From Octopus vulgaris (lineage: Eukaryota), in NCBI GenBank assembly GCA_951406725.2, contig OX597823.1:26060001-26308000 (forward strand): a stretch of DNA of 248,000 nucleotides. Direction: 5' to 3'. Below, in pieces: positions 144,601 to 157,647 of the stretch. The position numbers and the translations under genes were made by a program. Each line of letters starts with the position of its first letter. Position 1 is the first letter of the stretch. The notes beneath the pieces are model-generated. The model was not told the origin of the DNA. It searched no databases and saw only the letters and a program-made list of their open reading frames with translations.

Positions 144601-146149
144601 ATTGTATTAAAAATGGATTTTTAAAGCATTTTTCTCTCTAATGGTGAAATATTTTCCTGTTGGTCAAGCATATATACATAACTGTTAGAATGTACTGTAT
144701 AGTGGCATCACTGGGCTTTGTTGAGATTGCAACAATAAACTGTTTGCTATTGCAAGCAGAGGAATTTAAGTTTTTACCAGCCATGTACTGCCATCCAAAG
144801 GCACACACTCTCTCTCTCTATATATATATATGTATGTACATGCATACGTATGTATTGGTGTTGCCCAGATATAGATTCTGTTTCTAACATAACTTTCAAA
144901 TTTATTTCTCACCAATACATCTAGGTTGAGTTTAAATGTAAAAACAGAATTTTTATTTGGGTTCTGGATCATTTAGTTGTGTACGAATTTACTTTTCATA
145001 TTTGTTGTTTTGCTTTGATTCATCCATGGAGGAAAGGTCAGTGGTTAATATTCTGTCACTGGTTTTTATTCTGACCATGGTGAAGATAATAATTGACAGT
145101 TGGGTCCATTTAGCTGTAAATAGACATAACATAGAGTAATTTAATTAATTGGAGAACTGTCACTGTGTTAAATTATATGCACAGTGTTATAAAAGTTGTC
145201 AGGCCTGTCCGGATTTTATTTTATATTTTCCATAAGCAGTAACAATGGCATTGCTTTGGTTGCTAGGACGAAGTAAATAAATCTGACAAGCCAAAACTGG
145301 TTGATCCCATTGCCTTTCCTGGTAAGTGAGAACCTTGTGGTTTAAACCACAGACACTGTTTTCACAGCAAGGTTAAATATTTTGTTTGTTAACTATATGA
145401 TAGGTGCACTGCAATGCTAAACATATGTTTATTGAATATATAAAAGGTGCAGGTGTGGCTATATGGTAAGAGATTTGCTTCTGAACCACATGGTTCTGGG
145501 TTCAGTTCTCCTATGTGATATCTTAGGCAAGTGTTTCTACTATAGCCTAGCGCTGACCAAAGCCTTGTGAGTGGATTTGGTTGACAGAAACTGAAAGAAG
145601 CCCTTTATGTGTGTGTGTGTGTTTGTCCCCCACCATTACTTGACAACCGGTGTTGGTGTGTTTACTTCCCCATAACTTAGTGGTTTGGCAAAACAGACTG
145701 ATAGAGTAAATAGCAGACTTAAAACGAAAATAAGTACTGGGGATGATTCATTGAACTAAAATTCTTCAAGGTGTTGTCCCAGCATGGTCGCAGTCTAATG
145801 ACTGAAACAAGTAACAGAAAGATAAAAGAAGGAAAGAATTGCAACTCCTTTAAAACTCTTGTGATGAGCATACTGTTAGGGTGCTGTGTTCATCATAATC
145901 ATTGTCATTTAACATCCGTTTTCCATGCTGGCATGGGTTAGACTACATGACTGAAAATTGGTAAGCTAGGAGGCTGCACCAGGTTCCAATCTAATTTGGC
146001 ATGGTTTCTAAGGTTGGATGTCCTTCCTAACGCCAACCACTCTGCTAGCACAGGTGCCAGTTGATCTTAACAAATATTGTTAGTGAAAAACCATAGGAAA
146101 AAGTATGTGTGGTTGTATTTGCATAATATATTTCAGCAAATATAATTCA

Positions 146150-147150
146150 CTTCCAGTTCTACATTTAAGAGATAAGGAATTATGTACATTATTTACATTT
146201 GACAGATATTTGTCCTCATCTTGTTTGTTGTTAACACGTGTCGGCTGATATACCCTCCAGCCTTCATCAGGTGTCTTGGGGGAAATTTCAAACCTGGGTT
146301 TTCATTCCTAAGGTATTTTTTGATATTATTATCATTATTATTCTTTAGGTCACTGCCTGGAATTGAACTCGGAATCTTGGGGTTAGTAGCCCGCACGTTT
146401 AACCACAATGCCATATGCCTGATTAAGAATAAGAATAATATTAATAATGACTGCCCTGATGCAGTACCAGGCAGTGGCTCTCATGGCTTCTGAACTTAAC
146501 TGATTGGAAGTGTTATCATGTACCTTGTTTTGTCTTGGTATAAATGATGGGCTACAGCAGTTATTCTGCTCAATACCACAGATTTGCTTGTCAGTTGTTT
146601 GACCATAACCAGTTGACCATGTCCCTTAGTAGCTGATGATATGTGCATCTCTGATCACGAGCAGAAGTAGTGGGGGAGCATCATAGCCATGTGTTGAGAG
146701 GGATATTTGGAGTTTGAATAATTCACCTCTGGAAACATGGGTATTTCATTCAACATCCTTAAACAACCTTTATTCAGGGACCTTTTGAGTGGGATGGGTT
146801 ACTTGACCAAAAGAAAATTCTAACTGGGCCCCACCTACAAGGTCATGTGCTGTTTATCTTGATATGAGATCACCATGTCGCGCACATATGGTTGTGATGC
146901 ATGTGTCTAGTGTACCCTTATCAGATGGGTAGTCATGATGGGTACACTAGGCTTCGTATATTTTACCCCAGTGTCACTTTGATGGCATGCACTGCTATCT
147001 CACTCAATAATAACATTGAAATGAGAACCCAGGTTTTAAATTTCCCTTAGACACCTGATGAAGGCTGGAGGGTATATCAGCCGAAACACTGTGTTAACAA
147101 CAAACAAGATGAGGACAAATATCCATCAAATGTAAATAATGTATAATTCA
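146150..147150. mobile_element. Inverted pair of PLE pseudo-LTRs (tRNA-like head, (AAT)n, hammerhead) with the ~560-bp element (146452-147005) in between
   Basis: Minus copy 146150-146420 and plus copy 147015-147150; the same repeat terminates the GIY-YIG ORF at 161800-162570. Confidence 0.75.
147050..147095 (+). ncRNA. Hammerhead ribozyme (family A), stem III mutated in this copy
   Basis: GACAC-CTGATGA-A-GGCTG..CAGCC-GAA-ACAC-T-GTGTT; consensus with 146233-146275(-) and about 45538 gives GAA-ACGT-T. Confidence 0.6.
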
Positions 147151-150100
147151 CTTCCGTTTCCATAAAACAATGTCAGCATGATGGAATTGAAGAGTGTTTT
147201 GTGTTACTTTCAGTATTTTCCTCCAATTGGAAAAGCTGTGTCTGTAAATGAACATCTTAGGTGTTTGTTTCTCATCTAATTAATGTTGAGTCAACTAGAG
147301 CTGTTAATTAGGCTTGTAGGTTCTTGATTTTTGGGGAATCATATATTTTACTTATGTAATAAAACGACTGTTTTGATACCATCACACTCTTACAAGAACT
147401 CACCTACCTGTCACTTGGTTATGACCTATCACTACTTTTGCTCTTCTGAACCCCACTCCTCACCTAAACCAGCTCCATGCACCTGTCTTTCTATCTCCTG
147501 TCAATGTTATTTGTTCTCTATCTTTATGCTTAACTGTCTCTTTTCCCAGACCTTCCCCTCCCTCTGTTTCAGTACCCCACTCTCTTACTAATCTGCTAGA
147601 ACAACTTTTTCTTTTTTTCTTTCCTACCACTAACTTACATGAACACCAGCTGAACAATAACTACACACTTTATTCCCCCTACTCTCTCCACCACCCCCTG
147701 TCTGCCTGACTCTCTCTCTCTTACACACTCCCAGCTTGGATGGGCTTAGAGCAGGGTTCCTCAGCCATTTTTTAACCATGGACCCCTTTGATTACTATTA
147801 TATTCTGGTGGACACCCTGTGGCCATTAGATGTTTAAAAAAACTAGTTTTATCAAAAGTTCTTTCAAAATCCCTATTTTGTCTTCCACACATTAACTTGT
147901 GTAGGTTGAATTATGTAAAATGTTAGAGAAAGAAACCTAGCTGTTTCTTGCAATACTTAAGATACTATTGTGGATCCCCAATGTACTATTTTGTTGTGCA
148001 GACCCCCAGAAATCTAATATGGACCCTAGTTGGGAATCACTAAACTTGAGGGTCCATGGGCACTGGTTCTCTTGTTTTGATTAACCAGTACACAATATGT
148101 ATCCATGATTAAGTATTTTTTAAAATGTTTTTTTATTTTAAGCTGAAGGTGGTCAGAACAAATCAACGTGATTGTCTTTCATAGACTAAAACAAGGTCTT
148201 CAGTTCAATAAAACAGCATTTTTAATGTCCATATATAAAGTTAGTGGTGCTAACTGCCTGAAGTCTACCATAATCAAGTAATGAATTAAATCCAGATTTG
148301 AGACCTTGATTTCTTTACATAAGACAAATCAGTTTGGTAGTTGGTCTACTATTGTCATTAGATATTATTCTTTAACTTGTTTCAGTCATTTGACTGCTGC
148401 CATGCTAGAGCACTGCCTTTAGTTGAACAAATCAACCCCAGGACTTACTCTTTGTAAGCCTAGTACTTATTCTATCAGTCTCTTTTTGCTGAACCACTTA
148501 AACACACCAACAGCAGTTGTCAAGTGATGGTGGTGGGACAAACATGGACACACAAATACATACATATATAAGACTTTGATCAGCCCTAGGTTGTGGCAGC
148601 AGACACATGCCCAAAGTGCCACATAGTGGGATTGAACCTGGAACCATGTGGTTGGGAAGCAAGCTACTTACCATACAGCCACGTCTGTATCTATATACTC
148701 TTTTACTTGTTTCAGTCCTTTGACTGCGGCCATGCTGGAGCACCGCCTTTAAATATATGTTGATATATTTATCATATTTATCATACAGGATCGATGAAAC
148801 TAAATCTATGTGACTTTGTAACTTTATAGTGTCAACAAGGTTAAGTATGGTTGCTTTGAATAAATATAAGTTAATATGGGGACCAGATTTTGGCCTGTTT
148901 AAATTTTAAAAGGTTAAATGTTTGGAAAGCTCTCCTATTTAGAAAGCAAATTATGAAGAAAACTAGTGTGTGACAAATGATAAATTAACTTTATCTGATT
149001 ATATTGATGGTAAAGTATTTTCAAAGATCCTAGTTTCTCAGGTCCTTGATTATAGAATACAGGTGGAGGCACTGGTTCTGGGGACATTTCTACAAGGTTT
149101 TGATGCCATATTTGGCAAGTAATATTTTAGTAATATTTAACTTGCATGCACATCATCATAGACATTGTTTTCAAGTTTTATTTTTCCATTTTCGTATGAG
149201 TTTGATGTGTCTGCAAAGCAGTGTGTTGCTACTACTCTTCATCTTGTTCCGTTTCCTGTGTGAGGTTCAACACCATTTCCTTTCTCATGCCTTCTCAATT
149301 TTATCTTCAATACAGTTGCCTTCTGTTGTCATCATCATATTTTCTCTCTGTAAACTTTGTTTTAGTTTGACAATATTGTGACAGCAACATGGGGTTACTA
149401 TTCATAACAGAATCTTTCATACGATGTGCACATATACAATGCATACCTATGACTAAGAGTACATGTCACTTGCTTTTCTGGGCTTTACTCAAAGCTTTCC
149501 AATTGTTGGTCTCCTGTTTCTCTTACAAGTGTCATTTTAACTCAATAAAGCACATTATTTTATATATTATTCACATATTTGGTGTGTGTCTATCTAACTA
149601 TATCCATCCATCCATCTATATATCATCATCATCATCATTTAACGTCCACTTTCCATGCTAGCATGGGTTGGACGATTTGACTGAGGACTGGCGAACCAGA
149701 TGGCTGCACCAGGCTCCAATCTTGATCTGGCAGAGTTTCTACAGCTGGATGCCCTTCCTAATGCCATATATATATATATATATATATATAAGGGAAAAAG
149801 AAAATGGGAATTCATGAGATTCTTTATTCAGAAACACTATGATCGTTTCAACCCATCATGTACAGGTACCTTGCAGGTGAGCCGCTGTACAAACAGCTGT
149901 CATGCATTGTAGGTGCTGATGCATTTCCTCAGGTGATTTTTCAAAAAGTACCACATTTTTTTTTATTTGCTGTTTTGCTCATCCCTATAACAATACATTT
150001 TGGTAATCATAGTTTACAATACGTCAAGTGAAAAGAGTTTTGTGAATTCCATTTTCTTTCTCTCATTTTTTACAAACTCTACAGACATGAAGGAATTCCT

Positions 150101-151532
150101 GAAGTAAATCCAGTGGTGTATACCTCCATACATCAGGGAACTGAATACTGTGAAGGGGCTTTAAACAGCATGCTATACGGTGTATATCTGAATATAAAAT
150201 TATATATTCGCATGTATGCATGCATATATATATGAGAGAGCGATTGATATATTTGCAAAAACAACTTCTACTGACAATTAGTCAAGAGCAAGCTTAGTTT
150301 GTGACATGGTTACCAAGCTAAATGGTGTACCACTGATCACAACTATAGTTTCTTGGTGCAGCAGCCACACTGGTATGTCAGACATCTTGTCTTGTTGGAA
150401 TTTCAAACTGTCTGTGTTGGTAATTGATAGACAGCTTAAGGTCAGATTACTTACATTGCAATAAAGATGTGGCTTTGTTTGACTAATGGAAAAGCTATTT
150501 TATTTAGTTTGAAGTTTTAGCTATTCTCTTTTTTTCTTCATTCACTTTAAAGATCTTTCAACCTCTGTCAGTACTAAAGTAACAAATATTAACATCATTA
150601 TTATTATTATTATTATTATTATAGTTGTGGAATGGCAGAATTATTAGTGTCAGAGAAATGCAATGTGGTATTTGTTCAGGCTCTTTATATTTCCCTTCAA
150701 ATCCCTGCTGGGGTCAACTTTGCCTTTCATCTTTTCGGGGTTGATAAAATAAAATACCAGTTAAGTGCTGATGTTGATATAATTGTCTCTCCTCTCCTCT
150801 CCAGATTTCAAGCCTTACACCTATGTTAGACACAATTGTTATTATTATTAAGCCATGATAATTTGGTAGAATTTTTTGAGCATTGGAAAAAAATACCTTG
150901 ACATATGTCCTGGCTGTTTAGTTCTAAGATCAACTTTGCTTTTCATTTCTTCAGGTTCAGTAACATGAAGGAACCAGTCAAGTATTGGGGTCGGGTTAAT
151001 TGACTGACTCTCCGTTCTAAATTTCTGGCTTTGTGATAATGTAAGAGCCTGAGGAACTGGCACAAAGTAGATGTAGGCGTTTTTAAATCAAGGCTGGACC
151101 TCTTCCAGTTGAGTCCCAGATGAACCTACCTCACAGCAAGAAGTGCAAATGAGGGTAGCTACATCAGACTCCATTCTTCACCAAGTGCCACATATTGGCG
151201 GAGGATCTCAGTAATAACAGTGTAGCAAAACAGCGGTGCATCAGCATGTCTGCAGCTCTGAGCTGAAACTACAGAGAAAAAACAAGAAATATATATATAT
151301 ATATAAATACACACACACACATACACTCACACATATATATGCATATACATATAAATATACATATATATAAATGTATATACATGTAAATATACGTATACAT
151401 ATACATATGTATATACAGATACATGTATATGTATATACATATAAATATACATCTATATGTATGCATATGCATATATATGTATATAAGTATATACATATAA
151501 ATAAGTATATAAATACATATATATATACATAA

Positions 151533-151564
<32 letters not shown>

Positions 151565-151568
<4 letters not shown>

Positions 151569-152300
151569 CATCATCATCATCATCGTCGTTTAACGTCCGT
151601 TCTCCATGCTAGCATGGGTTGGACGGTTCGACCGGGGATCTGGGAAGCCAGAAGGCTGCACCAGGCTCCAGTCTTATCTGGCAGTGTTTCTACAGCTGGA
151701 TGCCCTTCCTAATGCCAACCACTCCGTGAGTGTAGTGGGTGCTTTTTACGTGCCACCTGCACAGGTGCCAGGCGAGGCTGGCAATGGCCACGGTCGGATT
151801 GGTGTATTTTATGTGCCACCGGCACGGAAGCCAGACGAGGCGGTGCTGGCATCGGCTACGAGTCGGATGGTGCTTTTTACGTACCACCAGACCAGGGATC
151901 CTGGCTGGTTCAATTCGATTTCGATTTCGCTTGCCCCAACATGTCTTCGCAAGCAAGGGGGTTGGCATGGGTGCCTGTTGTATGGTCAGATTGGTGTATT
152001 TTACGTGCCACCGGCACGGAAGCCAGTGGAGGCGGCACTGGCATCAGCCACGAGTCGGATAGTGCTTTTTACGTACCACCAGACCAGGGAACCTGGCTGG
152101 TTCGATTCGATTTCGCTTGCCCCAACATGTCTTCGCAAGCAAGGGGGTTGGCATGGGTGCCTGTCGTACAGTCAGATTTGTGTATTTTACGTGCCACCGG
152201 CACAGAAGCCAGTGGAGGCGGCGCTGGCATCGGCCACGAGTCGGATAGTGCTTTTTACGTACCACCAGACCAGGGATCCTGGCTGGTTCAATTCGATTTT
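151565..152300 (-). mobile_element. RTE 3' tail with an internal ~190-bp tandem triplication
   Basis: Units begin at about 151801, 151993 and 152179. Confidence 0.85.
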
Positions 152301-152344
152301 GACTTATATATATATATATATATGTATATATGTAAATATGTATT

Positions 152345-152377
<33 letters not shown>

Positions 152378-152669
152378 AAGGGTAAAGACCCCCTTCGGTC
152401 ATGAATGACCATGGGATTGCACCTAGAAAGTTACCCTCCTAGACACAAGTCCGGGCAAGGTTGTTTATAGAAGACCAGCAGTCGCCCATGCATACCAGCC
152501 TCCCCTCTCCACGCCACCAGTGTTACCCAAGGGAAAGACAAAGGTCGATACAGCTTGGCACCAGTGACGTCGCAACTCATATCTACAGCTGAGTGAACTG
152601 GAGCAACGTGAAATAAAGTGCCTTGCTCAAGAACACATATGTATGTATATTCATATATATACATACATA

Positions 152670-152710
<41 letters not shown>

Positions 152711-152712
152711 AT

Positions 152713-153470
152713 ACTAGCAGTATCGCCCGGCGTTGCTCGGGTTGTAAGGGAAATAACTATATAAGCATTTTTAGAGAGTTATAGCCAAAAAGTAGCAAAA
152801 AAATGCATTAAAAATTGAAAAAAAATTAAGGTAAATTTTTCTTTAAATCGTTCACACATCGTAGATATTTTTAGAGAGTTACTTCCCTTATATAAAAGCG
152901 AAAAAAATGCATTAAAATGGAAAAAATGATGGTAATTTTTTTTTAAATCGTAGACTCATCGTAGACGCGCGCTAATACCCAGAAGGGCTCGTTTGTTATT
153001 CTGGGTAACTTTCTGTAAAATTAACAAAAATTTTGTTCAAACAACGCTATAGAAAATGGGTTATTAGCTAATATTCAATTGGGTATACAACAAAATTTTA
153101 CGATAGAATTTGTTATACTGGGTAAAATTATTAAAATTTTGTTCAAACATCGCTATAGAAAATGGGTTATTAGCTAATATTCAATTGGGTATACAACAAT
153201 ATTTTACGATAGAATTTGTTATTCTGGGTAACTTTCTGTAAAATTATTAAAATTTTGTTCAAACATCGCTATAGAAAATGGGTTATTAGCTAATATTCAA
153301 TTGGGTATACAACAAAATTTTACGATAGAATTTGTTATTCTGGGTAACTTTCTGTAAAATTATTAAAATTTTGTTCAAACATCGCTATAGAAAATGGGTT
153401 ATTAGCTAATATTCAATTGGGTATACAACAAAATTTTACAATAGAATTTGTTATTCTGGGTAACTTTCTG
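152713..153470 (-). mobile_element. Helitron 3' half fused to a ~116-bp tandem array (x4)
   Basis: Same as 18774-19050 up to cagaagggctc, then tttgttattctgggtaactttctg...acgatagaa repeats at about 152992, 153109, 153215, 153331 and 153447. Confidence 0.85.
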
Positions 153471-154718
153471 ATACCCATAATAATATTTATGGCAAAATAG
153501 GCCTTAATTTCATTTAAGGTTGTGAGAAATAACAAACTATCCTTTCTTTCGGTTTGTTTACGTTTAGCGTAATGATTTCAAATAGGCTCATTCGAAAAAG
153601 TAAATAGAAATAGTCTAAGGCTTTACTCTTCTGGGAAAGTCTGTGGCTTGGTCCAGTTTCTTCAGAAAACTCACTGAAAGAAACAGTTTTTAAATTTTCA
153701 CTCCATTCAGGTACCAATTCGTTTTCTTTATCGCTGTCGGATTCACTGTTTTCACTTTAATAGCTGCAAACTTGCAAAGACAAAGGAGGAGAAGGGTGAT
153801 AGCGTCAGTGAAACAATTCGCTCCCTTTGTGTGTGTGTGCGTTTGCGTGTGGTGTAAACCAGACTAAGAAAAGCATTTGACACACACACCAGAACGTGAG
153901 TTTTCTGTAAATTTTGCTTAATTGGAGTTTAAATTTTAAAAACTGGAGCTGGCATGACGCGATGCATTGTACTCTTAAAAATGCCAGGTAAATTGTAATT
154001 GAAGAAATCCTATATTGTAGATTTGTATAACTCCCAAAGGGAGGCAGATAAAATCTGCCTTTTATAATAAGAGATATATACACACACACATATATATTTA
154101 TATATACATACTTAAATGTACATACCTACAAATATATGTATATATGCATGCATATATGGGTACAGGACATCAAAACGTTGGAGACAATGAGAAATGAGAC
154201 ATGCAACATAAAGAATATTCCCCTTCAGAAGTTGTCCCTGTTTCATCTACTCCACGTTTCAAAGGCAAGGACAATGCACGACTTCGTTGAAACAGTCCTT
154301 CCTGCAAAGCAAATTAAATAAAATTTGGGATTTTTTGCTGAGGGTGAAAGTGGTAACAAGAACAGGACAGTGAGAACAAGACAGCAAAAACAAATGGTGA
154401 GAGCTGTGAAGCCAAGATGATAGGAAAATTATTATGAATACTAGGAAGGTGAGCTTATGAGAGGGAGACAGGTATAGGCACGTGTTGTCTTAAGGAAGGA
154501 AATGAGCAGAAAGATAGATTCCCTTTCGTCGCGTTTCGGTGACGAGAGAATCAAGGAGAAGAGTGAGAGAGAGGGAGTGGTGAAGAGAAGAGAAGAATAG
154601 GGAAGGGTGGGAGAGAAAACCAGAAAGAATGAAGGACGAGGAGAGAGATAGAAGAGCGCGCATCGTAATTATTAAGGTAAAACTTTCTTGGAAAAAGATG
154701 CATGGCGTTCAGTCATAA

Positions 154719-155584
154719 TCTGTATATATAAAAGGCAGGATGTGTGTGTGTACGTGGATGTAGTTTATGCACATCCACAAATTAGCATGCATGTCGCTCA
154801 AATTTTAGGAGGACATTCATCACGATCCTAGCTGTATTTTCGTCAAATTATTTTCCCCCGAGGCACCAAGCGAATAGCAGTAAAAATAATTTTGAACCAT
154901 AACTTCTAACAATTTTCAAGTCGGAGTAATACACCATCATTTGCAAATATGAGTTAAGTCCCCTTCTTTGGACGGTGTAAAGAGATGGAGAGAAAGAGAG
155001 AGAGAGATAACAGATTTTATAAATTTCGCCTTTTTAGTGAGTGATTGACAGGCAAAAACAGACACACAGGGGTTGTTATGTATGTATGTGTGAATGGCTT
155101 CAGTCACATACACACACACACGCACGAACATGTATACGTACAAAACATCTATGCAATGTTCGTGTGTGTGTTGTCCGTATATATATACACACACACATAA
155201 TATAGACGATATTCTCTGTTTCTCCACAACTAATTTCCAAATTAGAGGAATCCGTTGCTTTACTCATATTGACATATAGCTGGTTGTGCATGAACATGGG
155301 AAAGAGCAGAAGTTACCAGAGCAAAAATCCTAAGTGTTGACTGTAAACAATGTTTCGAAACTGTTTGTTTTCAAAAGGAGAGATCTGACTCTCACATCTC
155401 TGCGGGAGAAGGTAGGCTTCTCTATTCCTCTTACAAAACTTACATCTGGGTGTCAAATTTGCTTCAATTGATGGTATTACTCAGGTAGGGTTGGTGGTGG
155501 GACACAAGCAGGGGCAAGGGCGTACAAAAAACATGTATGCAATAGGTGTATGTACGTATATGTTTTTGTGTGTGTGTGTGTTGC

Positions 155585-155620
<36 letters not shown>

Positions 155621-155858
155621 TTAGTTGTGATCTGAACATAACCGCCTCTCACAGCGGATTGGGGGCCCTTTTGGGCGTTCTATTTTCCTTGCTGGAAGGG
155701 TTCCCAACCCATGGGCAAATGGGGGGGGGGGGTTATTTTCAAAAGGGTTGGCATATGTAACCTGATCACCTCTGCCGATCAAATAACCAACCCATGCGTG
155801 ACACTGATTAGCTTATAATCCTAACTTTATCCCGAGCAAAGCCGGGCTACACTGCTAG
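154719..155858 (+). mobile_element. Non-autonomous Helitron (about 1.14 kb)
   Basis: A|TCTGTATATATAAAA...CCCGAGCAAAGCCGGG..CTAG|T. Confidence 0.75.
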
Positions 155859-155899
155859 TAATATAAATAATATATAAATATGTATAAACATATAAATAC

Positions 155900-155949
<50 letters not shown>

Positions 155950-155955
<6 letters not shown>

Positions 155956-156480
155956 CAAACTGGGACAAGAACGCGAAACATTTTGATTACGATACAAAAA
156001 ACACGGACGGGACATTCGAAGCCTTCAATTTTCAGTCAAGAACTGGATCATCCTCGCAATTTTGGCTGATTAATCTTGAGATTGTTCCAATCTTGTCAGC
156101 CCAAGAGAACAAAGTGTACGTATGCGGCTATATATATATATATATATGTATGTATCAAAATAAAATACAAAATGAGACAAGAATGCAAAACATCTGGACA
156201 ACTAGATGACACAAAAAGGGACAACAAAACATCCAGACAGACGACACAAAAAAACAAGGACGGGTCATTTGAAACCTTTTATCTTCAGTCAAGAACTGGA
156301 TCATCCTCGCAATTTCAGCTGGATGATCTGGTTCTTGACTGAACATAAAAGGCTTCGATTGACCCGTCCTTGTTTTTTTGTGTCGTCTGTCTGGATGTTT
156401 TGTTGTTGCTGTTTGTGTCACCTAGCTGTCCGGATGTTTTGCGTTCTTGTCCCATTTTGTATTTTATATGTTGTGCTGCA
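155950..156480. repeat. Direct and inverted copies of a ~130-bp repeat (tacaaactgggacaagaacgc...catcctcgcaattt)
   Basis: Further copies at about 157995-158120 and 218405-218530. Confidence 0.75.
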
Positions 156481-156639
156481 CACAGGCCTACGATGCCACC
156501 ACGGGTCCTCACACAAACGGCCCACAGTTTGCTGGCCCAAAGAAGCTCGCGTGTGACAACGTTCAGTAAATCAGAAACCCACTCTGGACGGTGAAGCAGC
156601 GAAACATAGCCAGTAGAGCCAACAACAACAAAAATAACA

Positions 156640-157200
156640 CACACAAGCGTTACGTAGTCAAAGTACATTTTTTTTTTAGCAGAACATTCAACAATGGTTA
156701 ACGAATCATTCAACAACTTTGGAAAGTTCTTTTTCCCTTTCCTTAGTTCCCTTTAAAGAAAACACATTTAACATTTAACAACACAAAGTTCTTTTTCTTT
156801 TTTCCTTTTTTAAACTCAAAGTTCGTTTCTCAAAACATTTAACACAGTCCTATCTCTTCTTTCTTTTCTTTTTTTTTTCTTTTCCCTTCTTTTAAAAGCA
156901 GTTAACAACTCAGTTCTTTTTTTCCTTTCTTTTCTTTTAAATAATCACATTTAACAACAAAGTTCTTTTTTTTTTCTTCTTTTCAAACAGTTAACGTCGC
157001 AAAGCATTTCTCAACATTTAACACCACAAAGTTTTTCTTTTCTTTCTTGAAACATTCAACAACACAAAGTTTTCTTTTTTTTTCTTAGAACATTTAACAA
157101 CACAAAGTTTTCTCCTTTTTTTAAAAACATTTAACATCAAAGTTTGTTCCCTTTAAAACATACAAAAACATTTACCGGTTAACATTTTACGGCAGTATCC
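156640..157200. other. G-poor degenerate low-complexity block, possible sequencing/assembly artefact
   Basis: Starts with agcgttacgtagtcaaagtacatt, similar to the reverse complement of a nanopore ligation adapter as recalled. Confidence 0.4.
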
Positions 157201-157616
157201 CACTACATCACTTGCCTGGTCATTCAGTTGGCCGTCTTTCGCTCCATGTATCTCTCTCTGCCCCCTGTCTGTCTCTGTCAGACCACGTCTGCCCTTTGTC
157301 CCGTCTTTCTCTGACTGCCCGGCAACTCAGTGCTACCCATATATATGAGGCCGTCCAGCCAGAAAGAGAGGCATACCGTACGGAACAGTGCGTATTTCCC
157401 TTCCCAAAACTTTGTCTTCTTTAAACTCTCTGTGACCGTAGAGGGCCAGAGGTCAAGTGTGTACGGCCATAAACAACCGTGCTCCTTGACAGGACAAAGG
157501 AAATACCACTGACCTGAACAACTGGAACACCGTTTTGATCCCAGCTAATGGAAAAAGGGACATAATGTTTTTTTTGTTCGTCTTCATTTTTTTTTTGCGT
157601 TCGTATCAATACACAA

Positions 157617-157647
<31 letters not shown>

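Noticed and set aside
152992-153470. Regularly spaced repeats considered as a CRISPR-like array (also 9907-10254)
   Set aside because: Units are fully repeated with no unique spacers, no cas genes, eukaryotic context.
155950-156480. CTGAAGA...CGAA motif in the ~130-bp repeat as a hammerhead
   Set aside because: No stem III or NUH arrangement can be formed.
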